DNA of 64,000 bases from Octopus bimaculoides (lineage: Eukaryota): assembly GCF_001194135.2 (NCBI RefSeq), contig NC_068982.1, positions 188,757,406 to 188,821,405 on the forward strand, read 5' to 3'. This document shows, one piece after another, positions 53,201-61,527 of this stretch. Positions within the stretch are counted from its first letter, which is position 1; every line of letters begins with the position of its first letter. The notes under the pieces are model-generated. The model was not told where the DNA came from. It did not search any database and was given only the letters and a program-made list of their open reading frames with translations. The position numbers and the translations under genes were made by a program.

Positions 53201-54620
53201 AACTAAGGTGCATGGTCCTGAATCAAACTGTTATTAAATTTTATATACATACATACATACACACATATATATGAGAGGACTCATCAAGCCAAGTGCACCC
53301 GTGCTGGTGGCACGTAAAGAACACCTTTTGAGCATTGGGCCTCACAGAAGCATTGTCGCTGAGTTCCTTTCGAGTGTTGGGCCTCAAGGAGGCAATGGTT
53401 GAAACCTTTGGCATTATGTTGTGCTTGAGAAAAAGACCCATCAAGCCAAGCAAAATTGCAGTCATGGCAGATACGGGTGTCACAAATTGGCATCCGTGCT
53501 GGTGGCACATAAGAGCACCTTGGTGTCACACAAATGGCACCCGTGCTGGTGACACATAAATGCATCAGTTACACTCTCAGAGTGGTTGCGGTTAGGAAGG
53601 GCATCCACTTGTAGAAAACCATGCCAGATCAGACTGGAGTCTGGTGCAGCCTTCCAGCTTTCCAGCCCTGGTCTAACTGTCCAACCCATGCCAACATGGA
53701 CAATAGATGTTAAATGATGATGATGATATCATCATCATCATCATTTAACGTCCGCTTTTCATGCTGGCATGGGTTGGACAGTTTGACTGAGGGCTGGTGA
53801 GCCAGAAGGCTGCACCAGGCTCACTCTGATTTGGCAAAGTTTCTACAGCTGAATGCCCTCCCTAACGCCAACCACTCCGAGAGTGTAGTGGGTGCTTTTA
53901 CATGACACCAGCATGAGGGCCAGTCAGGTGGTACTGGTAACGACCACGCTCAAAGGTGTTTTTACATGCTACCTGCACGGGAGGTCCAGATTTGGGCAAA
54001 AGACAGAGGCATTGAGGGTGAAACAAATAAGGTGTACAAGTTTGACATTCAGGCAAAATCGAAGAGGCTTCTTTGACATTTTAACTCTACAGTTTTAACG
54101 GCCGCACATGTCAAATTGGCATGCACTGTCAAAAGAAATGAGTAAGAAAATAGACAAACAGATGACCTGTGGTACAGTTCTATATTTAAGTGGTTAAGAG
54201 TGCGGGTTACTAACCCCAAGATTCCGAGTTCAATTCCAGGCAGGGACCTCAATAATAATAATAATAAGATTGAAAAATACCTTAGGAATGAGAACCCAGG
54301 CTCAAAATTTCCCCAAGACACCTGATGAAGGCTGAAGGGTATATCAGCCGAAACGTGTTAACAACAAACAAGATGAGGACAAATATCTGTCAAATGTAAA
54401 TAATGTAAATAGATGACCTGTGGTTTCATTTTTTTCTGCTACTAGAAAAGGTGAGGTTGTGTGTGTGTGTGTGTGTGTGAGGAAAGGGTGAAAATATGAA
54501 ACAAAAGACAGATTTGTTTACCTTATTTTGTAAATACTCCTTACTTTCCTTTTTGGCAGTTATCTGTGATGGTGAGAAGTTCCTCTTTGATTGTTCCTCA
54601 AAAGATTTTATTTGTCCTGG
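8375..54620 (-). CDS. RGS (R7 family, RGS7/RGS9-like): Partial multi-exon gene: R7-family regulator of G-protein signalling (GGL + RGS domains); 5' exons outside the window
   Basis: Six GT-AG exons found by hand (99+62+114+294+129+181 = 879 nt) with matching phases 0/2/2/2/2. They give [15 protein letters not shown]...[27 protein letters not shown]...[13 protein letters not shown]...[17 protein letters not shown]...[11 protein letters not shown]...EINID...[26 protein letters not shown]...stop. GGL followed by RGS is diagnostic of R7 proteins. Confidence 0.95.
11589..11960 (+). mobile_element. tRNA-derived SINE, family A
   Basis: Same head, (TA/TG)n middle and tail as 616-955. An oppositely oriented copy lies at ~10760-11295. 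Confidence 0.8.
13138..13549. other. Largest assembly gap (N run); further gaps near 4380, 5629, 16283, 21390, 26059, 27248, 43463, 61548, 62898
   Basis: N runs, mostly bordered by (TA)n or poly-G/C, typical of short-read assembly breaks. Confidence 0.99.
14913..15346. mobile_element. tRNA-headed, hammerhead-bearing retroelement: inverted partial copy (14913-~15104, minus) fused to a direct copy (~15101-15346, plus)
   Basis: Arms of ~190 bp are reverse complements. A-box TGGCGTAGTGG at 15102 and B-box-like GAGTTTGATTCC at 15145. Flanked by aaatgtcatac (14902-14912) and aaatatcatac (15347-15357), a 10/11 target-site duplication. Confidence 0.8.
14958..15003 (-). ncRNA. Minimal type I hammerhead ribozyme motif (best-preserved copy)
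   Basis: Minus strand reads GACAC-CUGAUGA-A-GGCUG(GAGGGUAUAU)CAACC-GAA-ACGU-U-GUGUU. Both core boxes are present, stem I is GACAC/GUGUU, stem II is GGCUG/CAACC (one mismatch), and stem III is the loopless palindrome ACGU. Activity not tested. Confidence 0.65.
17784..17912 (-). CDS. R7-RGS exon (RGS domain end): (R)[42 protein letters not shown](K)
   Basis: Acceptor tttgtttttattttgcag|A, donor AAA|gtgagt; 129 nt, phase 2-2. It carries the AQ..IY.LM..DSY.RF motif. Not present in the ORF track. Confidence 0.96.
21591..21884 (-). CDS. R7-RGS exon (RGS domain, N-terminal two thirds)
   Basis: Acceptor tttttgttgccgtag|T, donor CAG|gtgagt; 294 nt, phase 2-2. RGS motifs: W-x3-[28 protein letters not shown]. 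Confidence 0.97.
24021..24425 (+). mobile_element. tRNA-derived SINE, family A, nested in a hAT-type MITE
   Basis: Full head-to-tail match to family A. It sits between GTGGTTCTCAACC (23819) and TTGGGAACCACT (~24495-24506). Confidence 0.8.
25276..25389 (-). CDS. R7-RGS exon (GGL C-terminal half): [37 protein letters not shown](C)
   Basis: Acceptor ttctattttacag|C, donor CTG|gtgagt; 114 nt, phase 2-2. It carries the GGL signature DPF..PSNPWxxDD. Confidence 0.96.
26798..27029. mobile_element. TTAA-flanked MITE, third family
   Basis: TTAA-CCCATTAAGTCCCA ... TGGGACTGAATGGG-TTAA. Confidence 0.75.
29940..30420 (+). mobile_element. RTE-type 3' UTR fragment with internal ~60-70 bp tandem units; similar copies at ~5225-5475, 5770-5980, 6725-6940(-), 13965-14290, 18140-18690(-), 32350-32820, 42360-42710, 59790-60125, 63820-63970(-)
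   Basis: AAAAGCACCCACTACACTCTCGGAGTGGTTGGCGTTAGGAAGGGCATCCAGCTGTAGAAAC...CCAACCCATGCCAGCATGGAAAGCGGACGTTAAACGATGATGAT, the same tail as the RTE copy at 55270-56058. Confidence 0.82.
33366..33887. mobile_element. hAT-type MITE with an 8-bp target-site duplication, carrying nested insertions
   Basis: CAGTGGCCCCCAACC ... GGTTGGGAACCACTG ends, flanked by ctatacag and gtatacag. It contains an RTE tail (~33465-33620) and a second-family hammerhead-like repeat (~33655-33800). Confidence 0.75.
35020..35163. repeat. Perfect 23-bp tandem repeat, 6.2 copies
   Basis: Unit TCTCTTTCACATTGCATCTCTTG, within a decayed minus-strand RTE fragment (~34820-35200). Confidence 0.95.
35585..36340 (+). mobile_element. 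Decayed non-LTR retrotransposon with a C-terminal restriction-like endonuclease (R4/Dong-like)
   Basis: Frameshifted motifs in the expected order: [15 protein letters not shown] (35589), KC*LCH zinc-knuckle remnant (35976), KPNRSDIVI (36189), [11 protein letters not shown]...KQDNYRQL (36241). Confidence 0.65.
37620..37648 (-). CDS. Candidate coding part of an alternative first exon: MEIPSSRIK(S)
   Basis: gaaATGG start context, an in-frame TAA three codons upstream, and donor AAAAG|gtatgg in phase 2, compatible with exon 25276-25389. No transcript evidence. Confidence 0.3.
39295..39450 (-). repeat. Second repeat family with a hammerhead-like core (Penelope-type tail); other copies at ~33655-33800 and ~59590-59730
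   Basis: The three copies align. The inferred minus-strand consensus is CTTT-CTG(T/A)(T/C)GA-A-GAGC-GTAG-GCTC-GAA-ACGT-A-AAAG, and each copy is decayed at different positions. Confidence 0.55.
39530..39591 (-). CDS. R7-RGS exon (GGL N-terminal half): [20 protein letters not shown](S)
   Basis: Acceptor ttttctcatttcag|GTA, donor GAAAG|gtaatt; 62 nt, phase 0-2. It resembles the RGS7 segment QLDRHRLKMSKVADS. Confidence 0.92.
44252..44725. repeat. Highly diverged minisatellite, ~35-45 bp unit, about 12 copies
   Basis: Recurring pattern AAAAATACAGAGCCTTTATGCTCTACAATTTTAGGGAGCAG read by eye; unit identity is low. Confidence 0.7.
45381..45750 (+). mobile_element. tRNA-derived SINE, family A (well-preserved copy)
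   Basis: Full length, with several CpGs retained (CGGGTTCAGTCCCACTGCGTGG, CTCGGGCC, GACGGAAAC). Confidence 0.88.
47002..47230. mobile_element. TTAA-flanked MITE, second family; another copy at 29230-29459 in opposite orientation
   Basis: TTAA-CCCTTTCGTTACCA ... GGAAGCGAAAGGG-TTAA. The interior matches the reverse complement of 29230-29459. Confidence 0.8.
48051..48228 (-). mobile_element. 5'-truncated copy of the tRNA-headed hammerhead element
   Basis: Matches the 14913-15104 arm. The hammerhead-like motif at 48092-48134 has a perfect GGCTG/CAGCC stem II but a decayed GAAAC box. Confidence 0.75.
49333..49720 (-). mobile_element. Probable non-autonomous Helitron relic (3' end plus Rep N-terminal zinc-binding fragment)
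   Basis: Minus-strand [26 protein letters not shown] (49629-49552) fits the C-x2-C...CC-x2-GKV motif at the N-terminus of Helitron Rep proteins. A hairpin ACTGCC-TCAA-GGACAGT lies 8 nt before CTAC/T (expected CTAG/T) at ~49333. Confidence 0.55.
53571..53892. repeat. Loopless inverted repeat made of two tail-to-tail RTE 3' ends
   Basis: Centred on (GAT)4-ATC(ATC)4 at 53727/53728. The arms of ~160 bp are reverse-complementary RTE tails. Confidence 0.85.
54174..54410 (+). mobile_element. Same tRNA-headed hammerhead element, single copy with a 14-bp target-site duplication
   Basis: AGATGACCTGTGGT at 54160-54173 and 54411-54424. tRNA-like head GTGGTTAAGAG...GAGTTCAATTCC. Hammerhead-like GACACCTGATGAAGGCTGAAGGGTATATCAGCCGAAACGTGTT at 54317-54359. 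Confidence 0.8.
54522..54620 (-). CDS. R7-RGS exon (linker between DHEX and GGL): [33 protein letters not shown]
   Basis: Acceptor tttctttcatttctctatag|CCA, donor AAG|gtaaac; 99 nt, phase 0-0. It starts with PG, where R7 proteins have HRP|PG, and is in frame with the next exon. Confidence 0.85.
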
Positions 54621-55269
54621 CTATAGAGAAATGAAAGAAACGATATTAGACACAAGGTACATGACAAGTGATTCAAGATATTCAATCACCAACATCTTTA
54701 CAGGATGAACCCCAGCACCATAAAGGCTGTCTTAAGTACGGCAAGAGCATGAAAAGACTTTGTAGATATCTTTAAAACTAAAGAAATGACTAGGTGTCTT
54801 TTATCTTTTACCTGTTTCAGCTATTAGATTGTGGCCATTCTGGGACACCACTTTGAGGAATTTTAGTGAAATGAATTGACTCCAGTATCTATTATTTTTA
54901 CCTTAAAGCCCGGTACTTATTCTATTGGTCTCTTCTGCAAAAGCACTAAGCTCCAGGGATGTAAACGCACCAACACAGGTTGTCAAGTGGTGCTGGGGGA
55001 CAAACAAAGACACACACATATATATACGACAGGCTTCTTCCAGTTTCCATCTGGTGGCATGTTTGCTGAATGATAGCCCTTATTCTAGTTCAATGCACTG
55101 GAGTGCTATAACTAGATTTGTGTTGAAAATAATAGTCATGAAGAGGACTTTTTTTTTGTTTAATTTTGATATAAAAATCGATAATTGTTATGAAATATAA
55201 AAGTGAAAATATTATCATTAGTTTTCATTTGGAAAAAAACAAATTTTCTTCAAGGTTTTTATATCATAA

Positions 55270-56058
55270 ATGAAGCTAGCATGATCCGCTGGATGTGTAA
55301 TGTCAGTGTGCACACACGACAGAGTGTAAGCGCCCTGAGAGAAATGTTAGACATAAGAAGCATCAGATGTGGTGTGCAAGAGAGATGTTTGCGTTGGTAT
55401 GGTCATGTACTACGGATGGATGAGGAGAGCTGTGTGAAGAAGTGCCACTCCCAAACAATGGAAGGAATCCGGGGTAGAGGGAGACCCAGGAAGACATGGG
55501 ATAAGCATGACCTTCGAACGTTGGGCCTCACAGAGGCAATGACAAAAGACTGAGACCTCTGGGGGTATGCTGTGACTGAGAAGACCCAGCAAATAGAGTA
55601 AGTCTACAGCTGTAACCTACACCAGTGTCGCATAACCAACTCACTCAAAAGTACCTTGGATTGTAGGGTGACATTCTGTGCTTGAGGAGACCTGTTGAGT
55701 CAAATACATCAACATCAACATCAAATGGAAATTGTAGTTGCAACCCCTGTGCTGGTAGCATGTAAAAAGCACCATCCAAATGTGGCCGATGCCAGTGCCG
55801 CTTTGACTGGCTTCCGTGTCTGTGACATATAAAAAGCACCATCCAATTGTGGCTGATGCCAGCTCCTCTTGCCCCTGTGCCGGTGGCATGTAAAAAGCAC
55901 CCACTACACTCTTGGAGTGGTTGGCGTTAGGAAGGGCATCCAGCTGTAGAAAAACTGCCAGATCAGGTTGGGGCCTGGTGCAGCCTCCTGGCTTCCCAGA
56001 CCCCAGTTCAACCGTTCAACCCATGCCAGCATGGAAAAACGGACATTAAGCGATGACA
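55270..56058 (+). mobile_element. 5'-truncated RTE-clade LINE (ORF C-terminus, 3' UTR and GAT tail)
   Basis: Translates EASMIRWMCNVS...LRWYGHVLRMDEESCVKK...GRGRPRKTW...GLTEAMTKD, matching the LRWxGHVxRM and RxxGRPxxxW signatures of RTE. It is followed by the UTR shared by many short repeats in the window. Confidence 0.88.
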
Positions 56059-56794
56059 TGTGTGTTTACGTCCCCGTCACTTAGCGGTTCGGCAAAAGAG
56101 ACCAATAGAACAAGTACTAGGCTTACAAAGAATAAGGCCTAGGGTCAATTTGAGCAACTAAAGGTGGTGCTCCAGCATGGCTGCAGTCAAATGACACACA
56201 AACAAGTAAAAGAGTAAAGTGCCCCCAATTATTTCCAAAACTGTATTGAAAAAAAGAAAACAAAGAAAAAATCTTGTCAAAACAGAGAAAATCCAACTTA
56301 TGTGGGCATTCTGATATGAAATTCTATCATAAATACCCATTTTTAATAGTCCATTAAAATTTTATTGAAATGGTATCATGTCCCAAAAATCTCAGAATTT
56401 ATTTAGTTTTATGTCTACTAAAAAGGTGCCAAAAGCTTAAGAACCTATGGCTTGTACTTTTGGATTTAGCTATGTCTGAAAACATCATATATTTAAAAAA
56501 TTGCCAAAAAAAAAAAAGATTCCTTTTGAAGAACCTGAAAAAAATAGGCAACTGCTATATCAATGGTCACTATTGTGCAATTTGAAGATGATTATCACAT
56601 CAGTTTCAAAGATATGATGCCACAAATATGGCCAATTATTCATTAGGTTAATTAGGCAAGATTTTGACCAATTTGCCAACAATTCAAATTGTCATCTTTC
56701 CTAAAATATTCATCCAAATTTTACAAATGAGACATCAAAATGTTTCTTTTTGGATGCTCTTCAAGAAAAAGTACAGCAGAAATTACATTTAAAT

Positions 56795-56992
56795 GCTGCG
56801 AAGGCAGTGAGCTGGCAGAAACGCTGTCTGTCTTTTACGTTCTGAGTTCAAATTCCGCCGAGGTCCACTTTGCCTTTCATCCTTTTGGGGTCGATAAATT
56901 AAGTACCAGTTACGCACTGGGGTCGATGTAATCAACTTAATCCCTTTGTCTGTCCCCTCTATATTTAGCCTCTTGTGGGCAATAAAGAAGTA
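56795..56992 (+). mobile_element. SINE family B with a 17-bp target-site duplication; other copies at ~12136-12330 and ~41982-42205
   Basis: GAGCTGGCAGAA...GAGTTCAAATTCCGCCGAGGTC.ACTTTGCCTTTCATCCTTT.GGGGTCGATAAATTAAGTACCAG. AGAAATTACATTTAAAT is repeated at 56778-56794 and 56993-57009. Confidence 0.85.
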
Positions 56993-57970
56993 AGAAATTA
57001 CATTTAAATATTTTCAAAACTTCAGTGATACCTTATAAAAAGCACTGATGCTGGTACCATATAAAATGCACCCAAGTACACCCTGCAAAGTGGTTGGCAT
57101 TGGAAAGGGTATCCAGCTGTAGAAACCATGCCAATATAGGCAATTGGAGCCTGGTGCAGCTCTCCAGCCTTGCCAGCTCCTGTCAAACTGTCCAACCCAT
57201 GCCAGCAAGGAAAACGGACATTAAATGATGATGGATCACCTTGAACCCTTGAAATTGTTTGAATTAACTCAGAATTGTGAAATAATCATTTTTACTCACT
57301 GCTGGTTTATGCACTCGCCAGAAAGCCCTCTCTTGACTATCACATATCATTTTGTCGGTTTTCTTTTTCTCCTTAGCAATCCTAAATGTAATAAACAAGA
57401 AAATAATTAACAAAAACATTAAGAAAAACAAATGAAGTAGATTAGGTTTTTAACAGCATAACTCAAGGTAGATGTTTCGTTTTGGGATTTGGTTTGCAAG
57501 ATTCTTTATGTGAGTTTGTCTGTTGAAGCATATTCTGTTGTGTCTGGGGAGAGTCGTTCTCTTTTGATGCCTTATAATTTAACACACTCACCGGTAAAAT
57601 TTCCACTTATTTCTTTTTTATTTTTCTAAAATTTTCATTGCGTTTTACCGAACTGCTAACTTACGGGGACATAAACACACCAGCATTGGTTGTCAAGTGA
57701 TCTTGGGGGGAGAAACACAGGCACACAAACATATACCAGTCACACAATTTTGTAGTTTCCAAACGTGTGTAAGACAGAGGGACATGGAGCTATGCTGTAA
57801 ATCTCTCATCATGTGTATGCATGACAAGCTTCGTTACAATTTCCATCTTCTAATTTTATACACATGGTATTGGTTTGCCAGAAACTATAATTGAGGGTAC
57901 TTGCTAAAAGGGATGCGGTGCAAGATAGAATTCATGGTGAAGTCAATCCCAAGTAGACTGCGTGTGTATG

Positions 57971-58538
57971 TACAAGGTCTGATTGAAAAATATCAGGACT
58001 GTTACTATGGTAACGGAGGTAAAGTACGCAGAGTAAAACTGCTCAGCACAGATCTACCTTGGACTCCATCATGCATGCACATTAAGTTATAACGTTCTTG
58101 CTCTCTTCCGTTGTGTATGGAAGTGCTTTGAAGTAAAGTGTGTAGAGTGTGGTTGTCTCAACAAGAAGAAGATCAGGTTCCAGCTGTGCAGGATCTCCTG
58201 GATTGTGTTGAGGAAGATGAAGACTCTTTGAAAATGGTCATAACAGGCGATGGAATGTGGGTCTACAGCTATGACCCTGGAACCAAGGCTTAGTCTTCAG
58301 AATGGAAGACTCCATCAAGATTTCAAGATGTTAAGAAGATTCAAGAGAATGCAACAAGGCAGCTGCTAGCAATCCCGAAAAGGGAGTTCCAGGAATGCTT
58401 CCATCAACAGAAACAACTTTGTATAAATTGTGTGACTTGAGAAGGGGACGATTCCAAAGGTGATTAAATGTTGGAATGATATGTGTTGTAGTTTTCTTTT
58501 TATAGCACCGGTTTCGGTACTTTTTGACCGGACCTAGT
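57971..58538 (+). mobile_element. Internally deleted Tc1/mariner element
   Basis: Imperfect TIRs TACAAGGTCTGATTGAAAAATATCAGGAC and (rc) CTAGGTCCGGTCAAAAAGTACCGAAAC. The internal frame reads VITGDGMWVYSYDPGTKA*SSEWKTP, a decayed mariner TGDE(T/K)W..YDPE motif. Confidence 0.8.
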
Positions 58539-61302
58539 GTGTGTGTATTCTACATTTGTGCAAAAGTTTGTATTTATTTTGACTCAAAGGAATTGATTCT
58601 TCATAATAAAACAAAAACACAAACTAATGTCAGCACAAACCAGAATATCTGGTTCTTACAAGGATACTGAAATATGTCAAATTACTATTCCATAGGAACT
58701 TGTGGCAGACTAATTCGTTCAATAAGTCAAGTACATCATAAAATACCATTTTAAGGTAAAACGAACCCAATAGGTGTGGCTGGGGAGGTTGCAGTAATGG
58801 TACCCTCATACACACACACACACACACACCTTTTGCTTGTTTCAGTTATTAGAGTATGGCCATGCTGGGGCACAGCCTTCAAGAACTTTTAGTTGAATGA
58901 ATAAACCTCAGGAGTTATTTCTTTTAAGTCTGGTACTTATTCTATCAGTCTCTTTTGCTGAACCACAAGGTTATGTGGACATAAGCACACCAACACCAGG
59001 TGTCAAGCTGTGATGGGAAGCAAACACAAAGATACACACACAACAGGCTTCTTTCAGTTTCCTTCTACCAAATCCATTCACAAGGTTTTGGTTGGCCTGA
59101 GGCTATAATGGAAGGCACTTGCCTAAGGTGCCATGCAGTGGGAAAGAACCCGGAACCAAGTGGTTGGGAAGGAAACTTCTTACCACGTTTGTGTGTGTGT
59201 GCTTGTACACACACACACACTGCACAAATGTGTGTGCATAAACAGATATCTGCATCTATCTATCTGTCTGTCTGTCCATCTATACATACATATACAGCTT
59301 GGGCAAGTGTCTTTTCTATAGCCCTAGGCTGACCCCATACCATTATTTAACAACTGTTTTCCATGCTGGCATGCATTGCTACATGCTACATTGAACTACA
59401 GGGCTGGGTTGAGCTCCAATGTCAGCTTTGGCGTCATTTCTCTCACTGGATGTTATGCCCAATGCAAACAACTTTACAGTGTGGACTAGGTACTTTTGTT
59501 GTTCCATGGCACCAATGAGGATGCTGTCGTATGTATGCATGTATATAGTTGAAATTTATAGAAAGACAAAAGACAAAGACATATGTATGAACAAGCAGCA
59601 AGTATATTAGGTTGACACTAGGGAAAAATGAAAAAGTCTTTTACATTTTGAGCCTACGCTCTTCATTAGATAGGAATTAGAGAAAATAAACAGAGAGAGA
59701 GAATGAAAAAAAAAAACTTGTAGATTTAAGTGGTCCAGCATGGATATATATATATATATATATGCATAGGTGCCTCACGTAGTCAAAGTGGCTGAGTTTT
59801 TTTTTAGTGTTGGGCCTCTTGGAGGCAAGGTGGCTGAGTTCCTTTTGAGTGTTGGGCCTCATGGAGGCAATGACCAAGGCATTTGGCATTATGTCATGCT
59901 TGAGAAGACCCATCAAGCTGAGCAAAATCACAGTTGTTGCAGATACCGGTGTCACACAAATAGCACCCATTACACTTTGGGAGTGGTTGGCCTTAGGAAG
60001 GGCATCCAGCCATAGAAAACCATGTCAAATCAGACTGGGGTCTGGTGCAGCCTTCCAGTTTGCCAGCCCCGGTCAAACTGTCCAACCCATGCCAATCATG
60101 GACAGCAGACGTTAAATGATGATGATATGTATGTTTGTGTCTTCTGTAAAAGTGCATGATTTAGTGGTTTGGGTATTCAGCTTACAATCATAAGGTCGTG
60201 AGTTCAATTCCCAGTGGCAGTGCATTGTGTCCCTGAACAAGATAGTTTCTATCATATTGCTCTAATCCACTCAGATGGCAAAACATGAGTAGTACTTGTA
60301 TTTCAAAGGGCCACAGCTTTGCCACATTCTGTATTATGTTGAATCTCCTTAAAAACTATGTGAAGGATACGCATGTCTGTGGGGTACTCAGCCACTTGTG
60401 TGTTAATTTCACGAGCAGGCTGTTCAAGTGGAACCCTTGTTGTTGTCACCAAATAAAGTACCATTTGTATCTCCTTGTCTTGACAACGCACGACAGTTGT
60501 AAACAAGTGTCACTACCATACAAGCAGTGTAGTTTATTTCCAAATCTTTCCTGAAATCGTGTCTGGTCCTGGGGAAATATTACCTTGCTTAGAAACAGGT
60601 GAAGGTCTGCGATGGGAAGGACATCTGGTTCTAAAAAATCTGCCTCAACAAATTCTGTCCAAACCCATGGAATCATGGGAAAGTGAACAGCTGAAAAGAC
60701 AATGATGGTGATGATGACGATAATGTAATCTCACTTACCGCACTTGATTTTCTGCCTGGGTATTGATCATATTCCATTTATCAGAATACATAGTCTTCAG
60801 TCGATTTAATGCTGTCTGTTAATTATAAATTAAAATAAATATAAAGGTATCACAATGTTCCTGAATTACAGTAGATATTAGAACAAGTTGAAAGATTATA
60901 GAGTAAATATTCTCCTAAGAGGAGACATGGAATGTATATTAAAGAATGCAGACAGACTACATGTATTTATACACAAATATACACACACATGCATATATAT
61001 ATATGCACACATTTGTATATACACATGTGTGTAGGTAATACTGCTGAGAAACACAATTAGGCTTGACACACATATATACATCATATACAAGTATATTTAC
61101 ATAGAGCAAAGAAAATACAGAATACTAAGAAAATACATAATTTCTTAACTTGACAGCTGTTTCAGGAAGCTCTGAGTTATGTTATAATCGTGATATTCAT
61201 AAATCGCAGAGGGAATATTCAAAAAGTCACTAGAAATATTACTGTAAGTCCAGCTCCTCTCATCAAGAGGTGTGCATACACACAAACATACACACACTTG
61301 TA

Positions 61303-61527
61303 TACGAGGGGATGCAGAAAAGTTCCTGGCTGTAAGGGTATCACATGAAAGGCCTGGTTGGAGGCCCGAACTTCTGAATTATTTTACAAGGTTTAGAAAA
61401 ACTGAAGGGTTGCTGCAATAAATGTGTGAATCTGAGAGGGGAAGAATATGGTGGATGAAATCACAATTAACTGAGTCACTTGTATTTTCTTTTACCCAAA
61501 CCAGGAACTTTTCAGTACCCCCTCATA
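61303..61527 (+). mobile_element. Mariner-derived MITE
   Basis: TA-CGAGGGGATGCAGAAAAGTTCCTGGCT ... AACCAGGAACTTTTCAGTACCCCCTCA-TA. The interior retains CNKCVNLRGEEY, like a mariner transposase C-terminus. Confidence 0.8.

Noticed and set aside
54560-54656. Apparent plus-strand exon [17 protein letters not shown]... with good AG/GT
   Set aside because: It is the antisense shadow of the minus-strand RGS exon 54522-54620, which has family-level support.
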